DNA of 64,000 bases from Octopus vulgaris (GCA_951406725.2 OX597838.1:18042001-18106000); one strand, 5' to 3'. Positions 26,978 through 40,352 are shown, numbered from the stretch's first letter. Program-made: numbers and translations. The notes: generated by a model from the letters alone, not told the origin.

Positions 26978-28269
26978 TTCCCTCTCATAAGGCTATATAT
27001 ATATATAACCATATATATATATATATATATAACAGGAATTAGTGGTTGTTTATTCAGTCACATTGATTCAGCACTTATTTTAGATATATACATTATCGAT
27101 CTTTACCGAATGGCCAAATTAATTTTTGAAATAAAGAGGGGAAATAATTCGAAACATCATTACACACAAACTCAGACGCGTACAAACAAACGGTGTTTTG
27201 AGATACGTTTCTCCCTTTATAAGAGAAGTTAACCTAGCTGTTTGATAAATAAAGATCGATAAAGTAATGCCCCTGGCTGAAAATTTAGTTCTGAAACAAT
27301 ATGATTGAATAATAACCATTGACGTGAGATGCTCACCCCGATCCAGTCCAGGGCTCGAAAAGATCCCAATCCAGTTACTGAAGCAAAATAATTCAAGAAT
27401 AAAAGCTGTAACCAATGTTTTCCAGCCTATTTCCCCCCAGGCCCCATTATAACTTTCCAGGGGAAACGTATGCCCCACCGGCGATGGAATTGGAATAAAA
27501 GCTACTTGATTTTAATATTTCGCAATTTTATGCTTTCCTTAAAGAATTATCCACACTGGAGCATTAGAATAGAGCTTTACTATAGCAAACAGTCTTCACA
27601 CTGTATGCTTGCGCTGAAGGGATTGGTTTAGCTAAGCTGAGAATAAATATGTGTAGTATGTTTGCTGTGAGAAAAGATTTTCAAAATTCCATGTCCCGCT
27701 AAAAAAAAAAAAATAAATAAATAAAATTCTGGGTTTCACACCCGACCACAATTTTCTCCCTCCCACACTGGTGGGTCGTATGCCTCACGTTCGGAATCAC
27801 TGCTGGAAATAGTTTTCTTTCTCTTGCAATGCAGATTGAGATCAGAGGTCGTAATTCCGCTAGAGTTTCTACTTTAAAAATCTAAAACAAAAAAAAAACA
27901 AAAAAAAAAAAAGCAAAACAAAATAAAATCAAACCATCTGACCTTTGACCGAAACATCGTTATCGTCGGAGGTCATTTTATTAAAATACATAAGCTATGA
28001 CGGCATCATTTTGATTTAATTTACGACTAATCATTGCCGCTAATTCTATTGTCTTTACGGTGACAACTTGACATAATGTTTGACATAATCTGTTTAAGAT
28101 TTTTTGTTTGTTTCTGTAGACAGACACAGCTGACACAGTCGACATGTTACGGGAGACGATAAAAATGTTGTCTTTGAGTTCAGCGCTTCGCTATATTGAC
28201 GCAGATGCGCAATAAGTGTGCGTGAGTAATGATAAAAACATATATATATATATCCCTTACTGTCCCTCT

Positions 28270-28482
28270 CGCGTCTGACCACTGTCCGAAGTCAGGACAC
28301 CATGATAGATCGTTAGCTCCTACACGCATTTTTTTCTCTCCTTGTTTTTTTCTGTGTATCTTTCTATCGAAGAGCGAAGGCTCGAAGCGTAGAAGACTTT
28401 CTATTCCTGAGCGTTATACTAATACATTTGTTTGTTTGTACTCCACCTGCCTTCGTCTTTTGTTTATTTTCGTAAACTTTCC

Positions 28483-28486
<4 letters not shown>
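28270..28486 (+). mobile_element. Penelope-like pLTR-type repeat with hammerhead-like motif
   Basis: TCTTT-CTATCGA-A-GAGC-GAAG-GCTC-GAAGCGTA-GAAGA at 28359-28396; ends in (TA)n. Confidence 0.5.
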
Positions 28487-28542
<56 letters not shown>

Positions 28543-28544
<2 letters not shown>

Positions 28545-28958
28545 TTACTTGTTTCAGTCATTTGACTATGGCCATGCTGGAGCACCGCCTTGAAGTCTTG
28601 AAGCCTTTTAGTCAAACAAATCGACCTCAGGACTTTATCTTTTTTAAACCCTATTATTCTATCGATATCTTTTGCCAAACTGCTAAGTGGCGGAGATGTA
28701 AACACACCAACACCTGTTGTTAAGCGCTGATGGGGAGGGAGGGGCGAACAAACACAGACACAAAGACACACATACATAGATATATACATATACATATACA
28801 TATACGACGGGCTTCTTACAGTTTCCGTCTACCAAATCCACTCACAAGGCTTTGGTCGGCCCGAGCCTATAGTAGATGTTATTTGCCAAAATTTGCCACG
28901 CAGTGTGACTGAACCAGGAACCATGTGGTTGGGAAGCAAGCTACTTACCACACAGCCA
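28543..28958 (-). mobile_element. SINE family B
   Basis: Near full-length, diverged. Confidence 0.8.
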
Positions 28959-29786
28959 ATATGATTGTTAAATTAAGGTGTCATTGTTTTTCTCAGCACA
29001 TTTGAGCTCTCATAATTCTTATGTATTCGTAATTTTTTGGCGCTAAACAGTTTCCCCCTTCTTGTCCCATGTGAAACATCCCCAGGACTTTCGAGAGAAA
29101 GACAGAAGGGTGACTTCTTCTTGCTTCAAGAAGTTCAGTTCGCAATCACGAGTCCCGGACCCGGTTCCCCCAAAATCCAGCCCACCCCACCACTGTGTGA
29201 CAATTTGGGAAAATCTCTCAAAGCTTCGGGTCGAAGCCAGCCTTGTGAGGACAAATGGAAGTGGTAGGTGGAAACTGTGTGGAATCCTGCCGAGATGCAC
29301 TTGTAATACAAAAGCCAACTTTGTCTTAGACTGTGCCTCGACGATTCCGCCTTAAATTATATTAAACATACACGTATCATCTGAGGAATGCTCTGCCACT
29401 TACATGCAAACACTTGAGCAAATTGTGAAGCTAATACTTATTCGAAATACTTATTGGATGAAATTGATGAAGAATTCATGTACATTGTTTGTGTATTCAC
29501 ATCAACTAGGCGTGAAGTCTTAAAAATCTCTCTACGATAAACGTAGCTGATTTTTAACAGAGATGGGCGAATATTAGCATAAAATGTCTGTTGTTAATGA
29601 CACATACATCCGGTGCAGTAATTGTATAAACACAGTGTTATGTCAGAGTCACAATGACACAATTGTGACACAATGATGCATACAGAAATACAGCAACTGA
29701 GCCAACAGTGGCGTGGTGGTAGTAGGAGTCATCGCTATGTGGCCTGTATTGACAAGATTTTAAGCTAGGGGTTAAACAACAGATAC

Positions 29787-30112
29787 GTGGAGGCGCAATG
29801 GCCCATTGGTTAGGACAGCGGACTCGCGGTCGGAGGATCGCGGTTTCGATTTCCAGACTGGGCGTTGTGTGTGTTTATTGAACGAAAACACCTAAAGCTC
29901 CACGATGCTCCGGCAGGGGTGTGTGTGACACCAGTTGTACTCTTTCGCCCCAACTGTCCCTCATTCTCTCTTCCTGTTTTTTCTTGGGGTAACGCTGCGA
30001 TGGACTGGCATCCCGTTCAGCTGGGGGAGGGGGACACATACGCCACAGAACCTGGGAAACCGGGGCCATGAGCCTGGCTAGGCTTGAAAAAGGGCGCAGA
30101 AATAAATAAAAA
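29787..30112 (+). mobile_element. SINE family C with tail type b
   Basis: Same structure as 24342-24675; TSD AACAGATAC. Confidence 0.85.
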
Positions 30113-30484
30113 AACAGATACACACAATAGCTGTTGTGTACCTCTGTGTGTTTATGTGTACGTGTGTGTGCGTGTATGTGTTTTTGTGTGTGTACGTGCG
30201 CGTGCCTGTATTTATGGATACGTCTGTATGTGTGTGTGTGTTTGTCATAAAAGTATTTAGCGCGTTTCTTACATTTGTAAGTGATTTAGTTTTCGCTTTT
30301 ACGCCATGATGGCTACAGACATTATGGAGCAGGGCCGTATCTGAAAAGAAAAAAAAACTAAATTTCAACAAGGTCAATCAAACTACTGTATATTCTTTAG
30401 TTGTTTTGCTAAGAAGCAAAGAACAACGGTGACTCTTTGTTGATATTCACCATATAAGATGACACATAATATATACATAAATAT

Positions 30485-30515
<31 letters not shown>

Positions 30516-30667
30516 GACACACACATGCAAGTTGCTGATAAGAAATCTACTAAAACTGCACATCTTTTCTGCATTCAAAAGAAACAGTTTACATTTTAAC
30601 TCAAATGAAAGGCCAAAAACAACAGCAACAGCAAAAAAAAAAAAGAAAAAAAGTATTAACAGAAAGA

Positions 30668-30818
30668 CCATAATAATAATAATAATAATAAATAATAATA
30701 AAAAAATAAAATAATAATAATAAAATAATAATAATAAATAAAAATAATAATAATAATAAATAAAAATAATAATAATAATAATGATAATAATAATAATAAT
30801 AATAATGATAATAATATC
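30668..30818. repeat. (AAT)n microsatellite
   Basis: Seen directly. Confidence 0.9.
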
Positions 30819-31244
30819 AAATGGCTCCTTTAATAGCAACCAGTATACAAATGAAAAACGATTACGTTACAAGTAAAAAATGTTACGAAAAGCAGAGAGG
30901 TTTTTGCGTTAAACAAAATGTTAACGAAAACAACTTGGTAACAATAGAATTGCAAGCAAGGAAAATTCCCCACCAAGGTGGGTGTGGGTGCGTGGGAATC
31001 TTACAAATGCACAGTCATCACCTTGACCACTAAGGTCAGCACCCTCTTTAAGCTTTTTTAAATTTTAAAACCGTATTCTCAATGCAGGCCCCATTGCTCA
31101 CTACTCACCGAGCTTTCAACGAATTTGCTGGTTCTTGCAATACATACATCTAAAGCAAAATTTTTTTCTGAGGCCCTTAAAATACTATTGTGGATCCACA
31201 AATTTACCATTTTGTTGTGTGGACCCAAAAATAAAACTTATATA

Positions 31245-31476
31245 TATTTCTTTACTACCCACAAGGGGCTAAACATAGAGCGGACAAACAAGGACAGACA
31301 AAGGGATTACGTCGATTACATCGACCCCAGTGCGTAACTGGTACTTTATTTATCGACCCCGAAAGGATGAAAGGCAAAGTCCACCTCGGCGGAATTTGAA
31401 CTCAGAACGTAACGACAGGCGTAATACCGCTAAGCATTTCGCCCGGCGCGCAAACGTTTCTGCCATCTTGCCGCCA
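31245..31476 (-). mobile_element. SINE family A
   Basis: Full-length; TSD AATAAAACTTATATA on both sides. Confidence 0.9.
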
Positions 31477-32176
31477 TAATAAAACTTATATAGTCGTTCA
31501 GAACCACTGATTTAAGGAATTTTAGTAATTTTCTTTATTTGTTTCATTTTAACAATTTAAAAGAAAGAAAAGCAAACAGAATGTGCTACTTTAAAAATAA
31601 TTTTAATTTCTCCATACACATTTAATTGTGTCAAGGACCTGTAATTCTTTAAGGGATGCTAGCATCCTAGTTCTCCGGTTTTTACTAGTGTTCAGTGAAA
31701 ACTAAGAATATTAGTTTTGCATTGATATATAGGTATTTAAAATATTTTTTCTCTTTATACCCAGTTTCCTCTTTAAGAGAAACTCGAAAAAGTTGTTGAA
31801 GAAGGAAAATGTAAGTTTTCAGTCCTTTGAGCCTCGTTTACCTTACCACACCTTTGGCCATAATTACCCGGAATATGAAAACTGCCAAATCTTCTCGGCC
31901 ACAGAAAGGATGCAGGGCGATCTTCACAACAGGTTAAGCTGATAGGTGGATTTCATTCTACATGTCATAGCAGCTGTTCGATATAACTCCACGAGTCAGC
32001 AGGCTTGGGTGCAGGACGAGTGCGTACACAAGAGTTTCGTTGTTTTGCGCGCAACTCGGGGCCCACTTGCATTTCTGTAGAGTTTAACTCAGACCGGTAA
32101 TATCTCCCTTCCTCGTTAGCACAACCTTACGGAGCTCCTACAACACGTTCAGCTACGGCAACAACAACAACAACAA

Positions 32177-32226
<50 letters not shown>

Positions 32227-32450
32227 AATACGCCCTTTTTAAAGCATAACCTCTATGGCGTATGTGTTCCCCAGTTGGACGGGACGCCAGTCCATCGTAG
32301 CGTTACTCATTTTTGCCAGCTGAGTGGACTGGAGCAACGTGAAATGAAGTGCTTTTGCTCATAAACACGACGCATCGCCCGGTCCAGGAATCGAAACCAC
32401 AATCTTACGATCATGATGCTGACACCCTAACCACAAAGCCACGCACCTCC

Positions 32451-32451
<1 letters not shown>
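32227..32451 (-). mobile_element. SINE family D head with tail type b (internally deleted)
   Basis: Matches 63211-63456; inserted in (TAG)n. Confidence 0.75.
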
Positions 32452-32482
<31 letters not shown>

Positions 32483-32483
<1 letters not shown>

Positions 32484-32870
32484 TATAAATTTATGGGAAT
32501 TGTCCATGGTTCCAGTTCGAAAGTCCAACGGAACGGACCAGCCTGTTGATTTTCGTCGACACCCAGAGTTTCCTTCGCCATTACACCTCTACAGAACGCC
32601 AACGTATAATTTTCATCGACCGCATTGCTCGATTTTGCAGATGGCTGTAAGTGCTTCATTACATTCCAGATGCCAAGCGCGCTGTCTCGGTCTTCGCTTG
32701 ACCTTAGGGAAACGCCCCAAACAAGCAGTAACCTCACTTGATCACTGTCAAGAAACCACCGAGGATGTTGCAACCCCAGCGCATGTCTGTGCATCATCAG
32801 CTACGCAAAGCCCAGCCCTTCACTTAGCGGGTGTTGGTAGGAGATGCTATCATTTACGACTCTATTTGAC
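32483..32870 (-). mobile_element. Tx1/L1-type LINE ORF2 fragment (post-RT region)
   Basis: HPLSEGLGFA*LMMHRHALGLQH resembles the C..P...GGLG.P....ALRL motif of Tx1/L1 ORF2. Confidence 0.5.
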
Positions 32871-32937
32871 AGATCATCGTTGTTGCTGTCGTTACAGTTG
32901 TTGTTTATGCTAGTCCTGTTGCTACTGATGCTGCTGT

Positions 32938-33498
32938 CTTCTTCTTCTTCTTCTTCTTCTTCTTCTTCTTCTTCTTCTTCTTCTTCTTCTTCTTCTTCTT
33001 CTTCTTCTTCTTCTTCTTTTTCTTCCTTCTCCTCTCCCTCCTCCTCCTCTTCCAATCAGGACTCACGCCATTAGCCACAAAGAATAATCTCTAATTCGAG
33101 CCTACTCTAAGCTACTAAGAGTGCGCGTGGCAACTTGAAGATCCACCCACCACACGCGATACACTGGCGGTTGCACGGGCGCGAAAGCTACGTTGTTATC
33201 CTCATTCTGTAAACGGTGGCTTTTAACGGGTGGAGAGCTCCTGAACCATTCTAAGGTCTGAAAGTTTTACCACACCATAGTGTGGTTACACCATGGTTCC
33301 TCTGCTTTGCGGCAGAAGTAGGAAGAAAGAGTGAGAGAAAGTTGTGGTATTCACCCCCCCCCCCCCACCGGAGCCTCGTGGAACTTAGTTGTTTTGTTTT
33401 TGCTCAATAAACACTCACAATGCCCGGTCTGGGAATCGAAACCGCGTTCTTACGACCGCGAGTCCGCTGCCCTAACCACTGGGCCATTGCGCCTCCAC
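32938..33498 (-). mobile_element. SINE family C head with tail type c and long (GAA)n tail
   Basis: Second copy of 18330-18838; TSD TGATGCYGCTGT at about 32926 and 33500. Confidence 0.85.
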
Positions 33499-33909
33499 TT
33501 GATGCCGCTGTTATTGATGCTGGTCATTGACACGTCTGTGGCACACAATAAAGTAGGAGGTTGTGTCTATGAGCAATAGTTTTACTTTGAAAAAATCACC
33601 CCGACCATCTTCCTCTCTCACTGGTTGCCCGTGGAAAAGACGAAAGCGTGGAAACTAAACTATCTTAGTTAATTTTTTGTTTTGAATGAAAAAAAAAAAG
33701 AAAAAAGAAAAAAAGGAAAAAAATCTTTCTCAAACCTTTCCCTTGTCGGGGTGAATATCTTATCAAAACGAAGGCGACCAATCCTTTACAGTCCCCGGTC
33801 GGTTCAACAATAAAAAACAATAAAATTTACGAAATACAATCCTCCAATCCTTTGGAAAGGAAAACAAATCACACAACCTTACGGAGCTCCAACAGCACGT
33901 TCAGCTACG

Positions 33910-33922
33910 GCAACAACAACAG

Positions 33923-33953
<31 letters not shown>

Positions 33954-33979
33954 AATAACAATAATAATAATAATAATAA

Positions 33980-34019
<40 letters not shown>

Positions 34020-34166
34020 TGTGGTGGTAGTAGTAGTAGTAGTAGTGGTGTAGTGGTAGTAGTAGTAGTAGTAGTTGTTGTAGTAGTAGTAGTTGTGGTA
34101 GTGGTGGTGGTAGTGGTAGTAGTAGTAGTAGTAGTAGTAGAAGTAGTTGTAGTGGTAGTGGTAGTG

Positions 34167-34204
<38 letters not shown>

Positions 34205-34286
34205 AGTGGTAGTAGTGGTAGTGGTAGTGGTAGTAGTAGTAATAGTAGTAGTAGTAGTTGTAGTAGAAGTAGTTGTAGTGGTAGTG

Positions 34287-34328
<42 letters not shown>

Positions 34329-34390
34329 ATGGTAGTGGTAGTAGCAGCAGCAGTAGTAGCAGCAGCAGCAGTAGTAGTAGCGGTGGTGGC
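33910..34390. repeat. Compound (CAA)n-(AAT)n-(TAG/TGG)n microsatellite
   Basis: Seen directly. Confidence 0.9.
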
Positions 34391-34752
34391 GTAACAATAA
34401 CAACGGTAATAAGACCGGCGACAGCTGAGCTGATTGTTGATAAATAAAAGTGAATACGAATGTGTTATAGGTATTTAGTGTTATATAATTATAGCAAACT
34501 GCAGCGAGATAGTCTTAATGGAATAAGAACAGCGACCAGTAAAATAATACTATGTTTTTAAAACGAAAGGTTCTGTTTTACATTTCACATTTTCTCACTG
34601 ATGTCGGCCATTTTGGCTGACTTCCAAATTCACTTTTCAAAGCAACCATTTGTTTTTTAATATTTGTGTTTCTGTATATAAAACATGCTATATAGTGTTT
34701 CGATTCTATATGCGTTTTTTTAGCATGTGGGTATTTTGTGGTTGTGTGTGTA

Positions 34753-34831
<79 letters not shown>

Positions 34832-34987
34832 ATGTGTTTGTGTTTATGAATCTGCGTATGTTTACATTTATGCATGTATCTATATTACTTGTGGATGGAT
34901 TTATGTATACGGACACAGGTACCTGTATACACGTCGACGAGTATATATTTCTTCTGTGTATTTATGTGCATGTATCTTTTTTTCGAT

Positions 34988-35326
34988 GAAGGCGCATGGC
35001 TCAGTGGTTAGAGCGTCGAGCTTTTACGATCGTGAGGTTGTGAGTTCGAATCCCCGACCGGGCTGCGTGTTGTGTTCTTGAGCCAGACACCTTATTTCCC
35101 GTTGTTCCAGTTCACTCATCTGTAGAAATGAGTTGCGACGTCACAGGTACCAAGCTGTATCGGCCCCTTTGCTTTCCCCTTGGATAACACTGGTGACGTG
35201 GAGAGGGGAGGCCGGGATGCATGGGCGACCGCTGGTCTTCCATAAACAACCTTGCCCGGACTTGTGCCTGGGAGGGTAACTTTCTAGGTGCAATCCCATG
35301 GTCAGTCATGACCGAAGGGGGTCTCA
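34988..35326 (+). mobile_element. SINE family D-like head with tail type d
   Basis: GAAGGCGCATGGCTCAGTGGTTAGAGCG..GAGTTCGAATCCC head and family D body, followed by a tail seen nowhere else in the window. Confidence 0.75.
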
Positions 35327-35769
35327 GCCGCATCTTTTATGAGTATACGCATGGAACTGGCTGAGAAAAGGCGTGTATGCATGTGCGTACTCCGTTTCTA
35401 TGTATGAATGCATTTATGTGTGTGTCTGAGACTATGCGAGTTAATATCGCTTTTAACATCGCCACAGCACGAAAATCTTTGGAGGAAGGGTTATACACTT
35501 TTTACGCTTATTTTACAAAATCTGAGCCGATAAAATGCAAAGACGAAATCAAGATTTGAATTCGCTACGCAATGGGACACAACAAAATACCACCTGACAT
35601 TTTTCAAATCTACGTTGTGATTTCAAATCATGCCGTGACCAACTTAGTTTTTTATCTTTTCGGGATCGATAAAATAGAATACCAATTAAGTACTGGGTTA
35701 ATGATAGTAGCTTAGCATTTCCTTTCATAAACTGCTGGTTTTGTACGTTCTTTTAAACTAAATAGATCC

Positions 35770-36420
35770 AAAGCTGTTCGATGGACATTGGTGGTAGAAG
35801 CGCGACGAAGTAAAAACCTCGTCGGTCAAAAACCGAACATTGTTTTTGCTACTATATTCGGCCTTTGATTGACTATGATGGGCGTGTGCTACTCGGTTCA
35901 AAGTAGATGTTTGCAACATCCCAGCAGTACATCACTCAACCGTTTCGCGCAAGTAATATATCAGAGAGTGTTATGGACTTAAGTGCCAACCTCGTCGATC
36001 TGCCGCGGCTCTTAGCGGAAGAGGAAAGGCCAGTCACAGAGGCTTAGACACAGAAAATATTCAGCGGTTGTGCAAAGGAGAAATTGAGTGATTTGGCTGG
36101 TTTTCCCTTTGAGTTTTACGATTATATGCCAGATTGTTTTTTGACGACCGCTTGGTAAACATCTATCGTGACTGGCAGTAGAACAAGAGAAATCCACTCC
36201 TGTTAAGTGGACCGTGTTAGCATTGCTGAGAAAAGATGTCAACAAAAGGAGAGATTATAGATAATTTCCGGACCATAACCCTGCTAAATAGAGAGTTTAA
36301 GGTTTTCAAGTTGTTAGCCAAGAGGGTGGCACTTGTCAGTAGTTTGATCATGGAAGCACAAACGTGCGCGATCACCATTAAATCCATTTAAGACAACCAC
36401 TACCTTATGCGATTCATCAT
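35770..36420 (+). mobile_element. Tx1/L1-type LINE RT fragment
   Basis: DNFRTITLLNREFKVFKLLAKRVALV..LIMEAQTCAI..KSI*DN resembles RT domain 1-2 (NYRPITLLN.DYKILAK..QTCA.PGRSI.DN). Confidence 0.75.
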
Positions 36421-36670
36421 AACACATTTGGCTGTATTGATATTAGAGCATTCTATCTATAAATGCTCTGATATCTATACAGCCTTGGTTTTTTATCGTA
36501 TTGCGCAAAAAATTCTTATATACACACGCTGACATAAAACCAACGTTGAACCCTTTATTCGCAATATTACCGAATCTGGAACTTAACTATGGTCTGTCTA
36601 TAGCACTTACTCAGCATTACCTGACACCTTTGGGTCTCAATGACACCATTATCTTTTATATATATATATC

Positions 36671-37060
36671 AGGAGTGGCTGTGTGGTAAGTAGCTTGCTT
36701 ACCAGCCACATGGTTCCGGGTTCAGTCCCACTGCGTGACATCTTGGGCAAGTGTCTTCTGCTATAGCCCCGGGCCGACCAATGCCTTGTGAGTGGATTTG
36801 GTAGACGGAAACTGAAAGAAGCCTGCCGTATATATGTATATATATGTGTGTGTGTGTGTGTCTGTGTTTATCCCCCTAGCATTGCTTGACAACCGATGCT
36901 GGTGTGTTTACGTCCCCGTCACTTAGCGGTGCGGCAAAAAGAGACCGATAGAATAAGTACTGGGCTTACAAAGAATATGTCCCGGGGTCGACTTGCTCGA
37001 CTAAATGCGGTGCTCCAGCATGGCCACAGTCAAATGACTGAAACAAGTAAAAGAGTAAAG

Positions 37061-37063
<3 letters not shown>
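36671..37063 (+). mobile_element. SINE family B
   Basis: Full-length. Confidence 0.85.
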
Positions 37064-37121
<58 letters not shown>

Positions 37122-37125
<4 letters not shown>

Positions 37126-37380
37126 AGGAGTTTACGAAAAAAACAAAAGACGAAGACAGGTGGTGTACAAAACAAACAGATGTTGCAGCGTGGAAGGTGT
37201 TTATAAACCATTTAAGAAACACACAAAATCCGTTAGACTCACTTAAATTTAAATGTTGAAGTGAATCTAACGGTTTTGTGTTTCTTAAATGGCTTATAAA
37301 CACTTTCCACGCTGCAATTGTTTTCGTTCCAGCACACGATCTCAGATCAGGTCACTTGCTATGCAAGTACATCTCCGTAA
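37122..37380. mobile_element. Penelope-like terminal-repeat fragment with internal inversion
   Basis: Left part matches 28430-28485 (reverse strand), right part matches 61275-61413 (reverse strand); ~135-bp palindrome at 37183-37317. Confidence 0.55.
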
Positions 37381-38806
37381 TATATATACGTGTGCCTGTA
37401 TATCTCTATGTATCTAGGCATGTATAACGCTTGAGTGTGTATAAGTGTGTATGCATGTGTGTGTTTGTGTGTGTGTGTGAAGATGTGTTTGTGGTGGTGT
37501 GTGCGAGCTACATATGTTACACGTCTCAGAGCGTTGCATTTACACAAGTCTTACGTCTGTGTTAGGTCCTAGCAGAGAAGCGGCGGATCGTGTTACGTAG
37601 AATGTAATTCTATATCCGAAGGGGGTGGCCTGGGGAGGAGGGCGAGGAAGTGGTGATGGTTGGAAATAGGTGGAGCTGTTGAGGAGATGAGGGAGGTGAG
37701 AAAGAGATCGAGAGAGAGAGAGAGAGCACACGCGTGTATGTGTTTCTATATTGGTCACACCCTACTACCACCACCACCAAAAACCACCACCACCACCACC
37801 ACCACCACCAAAACGTCAACGACCACCACTATCCTCCACCCCCGCGCCACCGCAGTCGTTCTTCTCTTTGCATTTTGCACTCAGAACTACAAAATTCACT
37901 TTTGCCTTCCTTTTAAAACATTTTGGATGAAGTTTGGCTACTATTTCTAGCTGGTCGTATGACCACAATGATGCTCTCTCTCGTTAGCACGTTGGTAAAG
38001 ATATTGGTGATGTTCGTGGTGGTGCTGGTTGTTTAGATGGTGGTGGTGGTGCTGTTGGTGATGATGATGGTGGTGGTGGTGATGGTGGTATTGGTAGTTG
38101 ATGTGTTGGTATTGGTGGTGGTGGTCATGGAAATGATGGTAATGATGTAGTTGGAGGTGGTGGTGCTGTTGGTGATGATGGTGGTGGTGGTGGTGGTGGT
38201 GGTATTGGTAGTGGATGTGTTGGTATTGGTGGTGGTGGTGGTGGTAAAGTAGATGATGGTAATGATGGAGTTGGAGGTAGTGGAGGTGGTGGTAATGATG
38301 GTGTTGGAGGTAGTGGTGGTGGTGGAAAATTGGTGGCAATTCTTAGAAGATATTATCCTCATGAAGACCTCCTCTACCTTCCCCCTCTTCCTCATCTTCA
38401 TCATTATTATGTACAATAAGGTTATACAAACTGTCCGACCGTGCCCATCCTTATCGTAGTTAGTGTCAACTCTTAATTACGTTAATTACATTAATTATAG
38501 AAATATAAGTCACGCTGGTAATTCCTGCAGTACAGAGCAAGTGATAGAGAGAAACAGATGAGAGGAAAAGCCAGTTAGTATACTAGAAGGGGCAATTAGA
38601 AGTGGCATCGCGACCCACGTGTTACCGGCAAGGACGGCCCTTGATCATGTCTTCAATGCGGAACACGAAAGCTGTCTTTTATTAGGGCGAGAGCTTGTGG
38701 TTAGGGTTAGGGTACGAAAGTCGTCCGATGGGCTCGGGTGGTGGAGGCACGACGTGGTAACAGTCACAATACAGTCTTTGGACAGATCAAGATGGACGGT
38801 GTTCTT

Positions 38807-40352
38807 TAAGGCAACGAGCTGGCAGAATCGTTAGCACGCCGGGCGAAATGCTTAGCGGTATTTCGTCTGCCGCTATGTTCTGAGTTCAAATTCCGCCGAG
38901 GTTGACTTTGCCTTTCATCCTTTCGGGGTCGATAAATTAAGTACCAGTTACGCACTGGGGTCGATATAATCGACTTAATCCGTTTGTCTGTCTTTGTTTG
39001 TCCTCTCTGTGTTTAGCCCCTTGTTGGGCAATAAAGAAATATGAAACGTTAGCACGCCGGGCGAAATGCTCAGCGGTATTTCGTCTGCCGTTACGTTCTG
39101 AGTTCAAATTCCGCTGAGGTCGACTTTGCCTTTCATCCTTTCGGGGTCGATAAATTAAGTACCAGTTTCGCACTGGGGATCGATGTATCGACTTAATCCG
39201 TTTGTCTGTCCTTGTTTGTCCTCTCTGTGTTTAGCCCCTTCTGGGTAGTAAAGAAATAGGTATTTTGTCTGTCTTTACGTTCTGAGTTCAAATTCCGCCG
39301 AGGTCGACTTTGCCTTTCATCCTTTCGGGGTCGATTAAATAAGTACCAGTTACGCACTGGGGTCGATGTAATCGACTTAATCCGTTTGTCTGTCCTTGCT
39401 TGTCCTCTCTGTGTTTAGCCCCTTGTTGGGCAATAAAGAAATAAGAAACGTTAGTACGCCGGGCGAAATGCTCAGCGGTATTTCGTCTGCTGCTATGTTC
39501 TGAGTTCAAATTCCGCCGAGGTTGACTTTGCCTTTCATCCTTTCGGGGTCGATAAATTAAGTACCAGTTACGCACTGGGGTCGATATAATCGACTTAATC
39601 CGTTTGTCTGTCCTTGTTTGTCCTCTCTGTGTTTAGCCCCTTGTTGGGCAATAAAGAAATAAGAAACGTTAGTACGCCGGGCGAAATGCTCAGCGGTATT
39701 TCGTCTGCTGCTATGTTCTGAGTTCAAATTCCGCCGAGGTCGACTTTGCCTTTCATCCTTTCGTGGTCATTTAAATAAGTACTAGTTACGCACTGGGGAT
39801 CGATGTAATCGACTTAATCCGTTTGTCTGTCCTTGTTTGTCCTCTCTGTGTTTAGCCCCTTGTTGGGCAATAAAGAAATAAGAAACGTTAGTACGCCGGG
39901 CGAAATGCTCAGCGGTATTTCGTCTGCCGCTATGTTCTGAGTTCAAATTCCGCTGAGGTCGACTTTACCTTTCATCCTTTCGGGGTCGATAAATTAAGTA
40001 CCAGTTTCGCACTGGGGATCGATGTATCGACTTAATCCGTTTGTCTGTCCTTGTTTGTCCTCTCTGTGTTTAGCTCCTTCTGGGTAGTAAAGAAATAGGT
40101 ATTTTGTCTGTCTTTACGTTCTGAGTTCAAATTCCGCCAAGGTCGACTTTGCCTTTCATCCTTTCGGGGTCGATTAAATAAGTACCAGTTACGCACTGGG
40201 GTCGATGTAATCGACTTAATCCGTTTGTCTGTACTTGCTTGTCCTCTCTGTGTTTAGCCCCTTGTATGTTGTAAAGAAATAGGTATTTCGTCTGCCGCTA
40301 CGTTCTGAGTTCAAATCCGCCGAGGTCGTCTTGCCTTTCATCATTTCGGGCT
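38807..40352 (+). repeat. Tandem array of about 7.5 SINE family A units
   Basis: Units start near 38807, 39042, 39259, 39443, 39662, 39881, 40097 and 40282; only two junction types occur. Confidence 0.9.

Noticed and set aside
31765-31816. Candidate 46-bp exon (CCCAG|...AAT|GTAAGT)
   Set aside because: Stop codon in the phase-1 frame and no GTPase motifs.
34988-35062. tRNA gene (also the heads at 18330, 24342, 29787 and 63211)
   Set aside because: A/B boxes are present, but each continues into a SINE body and tail with no convincing acceptor stem; these are tRNA-derived heads.
38699-38713. Interstitial telomeric TTAGGG repeat
   Set aside because: Only two units; expected by chance or as part of a TE.
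38807-40352. CRISPR-like repeat array
   Set aside because: Units are 180-235 bp SINE copies with no unique spacers; eukaryotic context and no cas genes.
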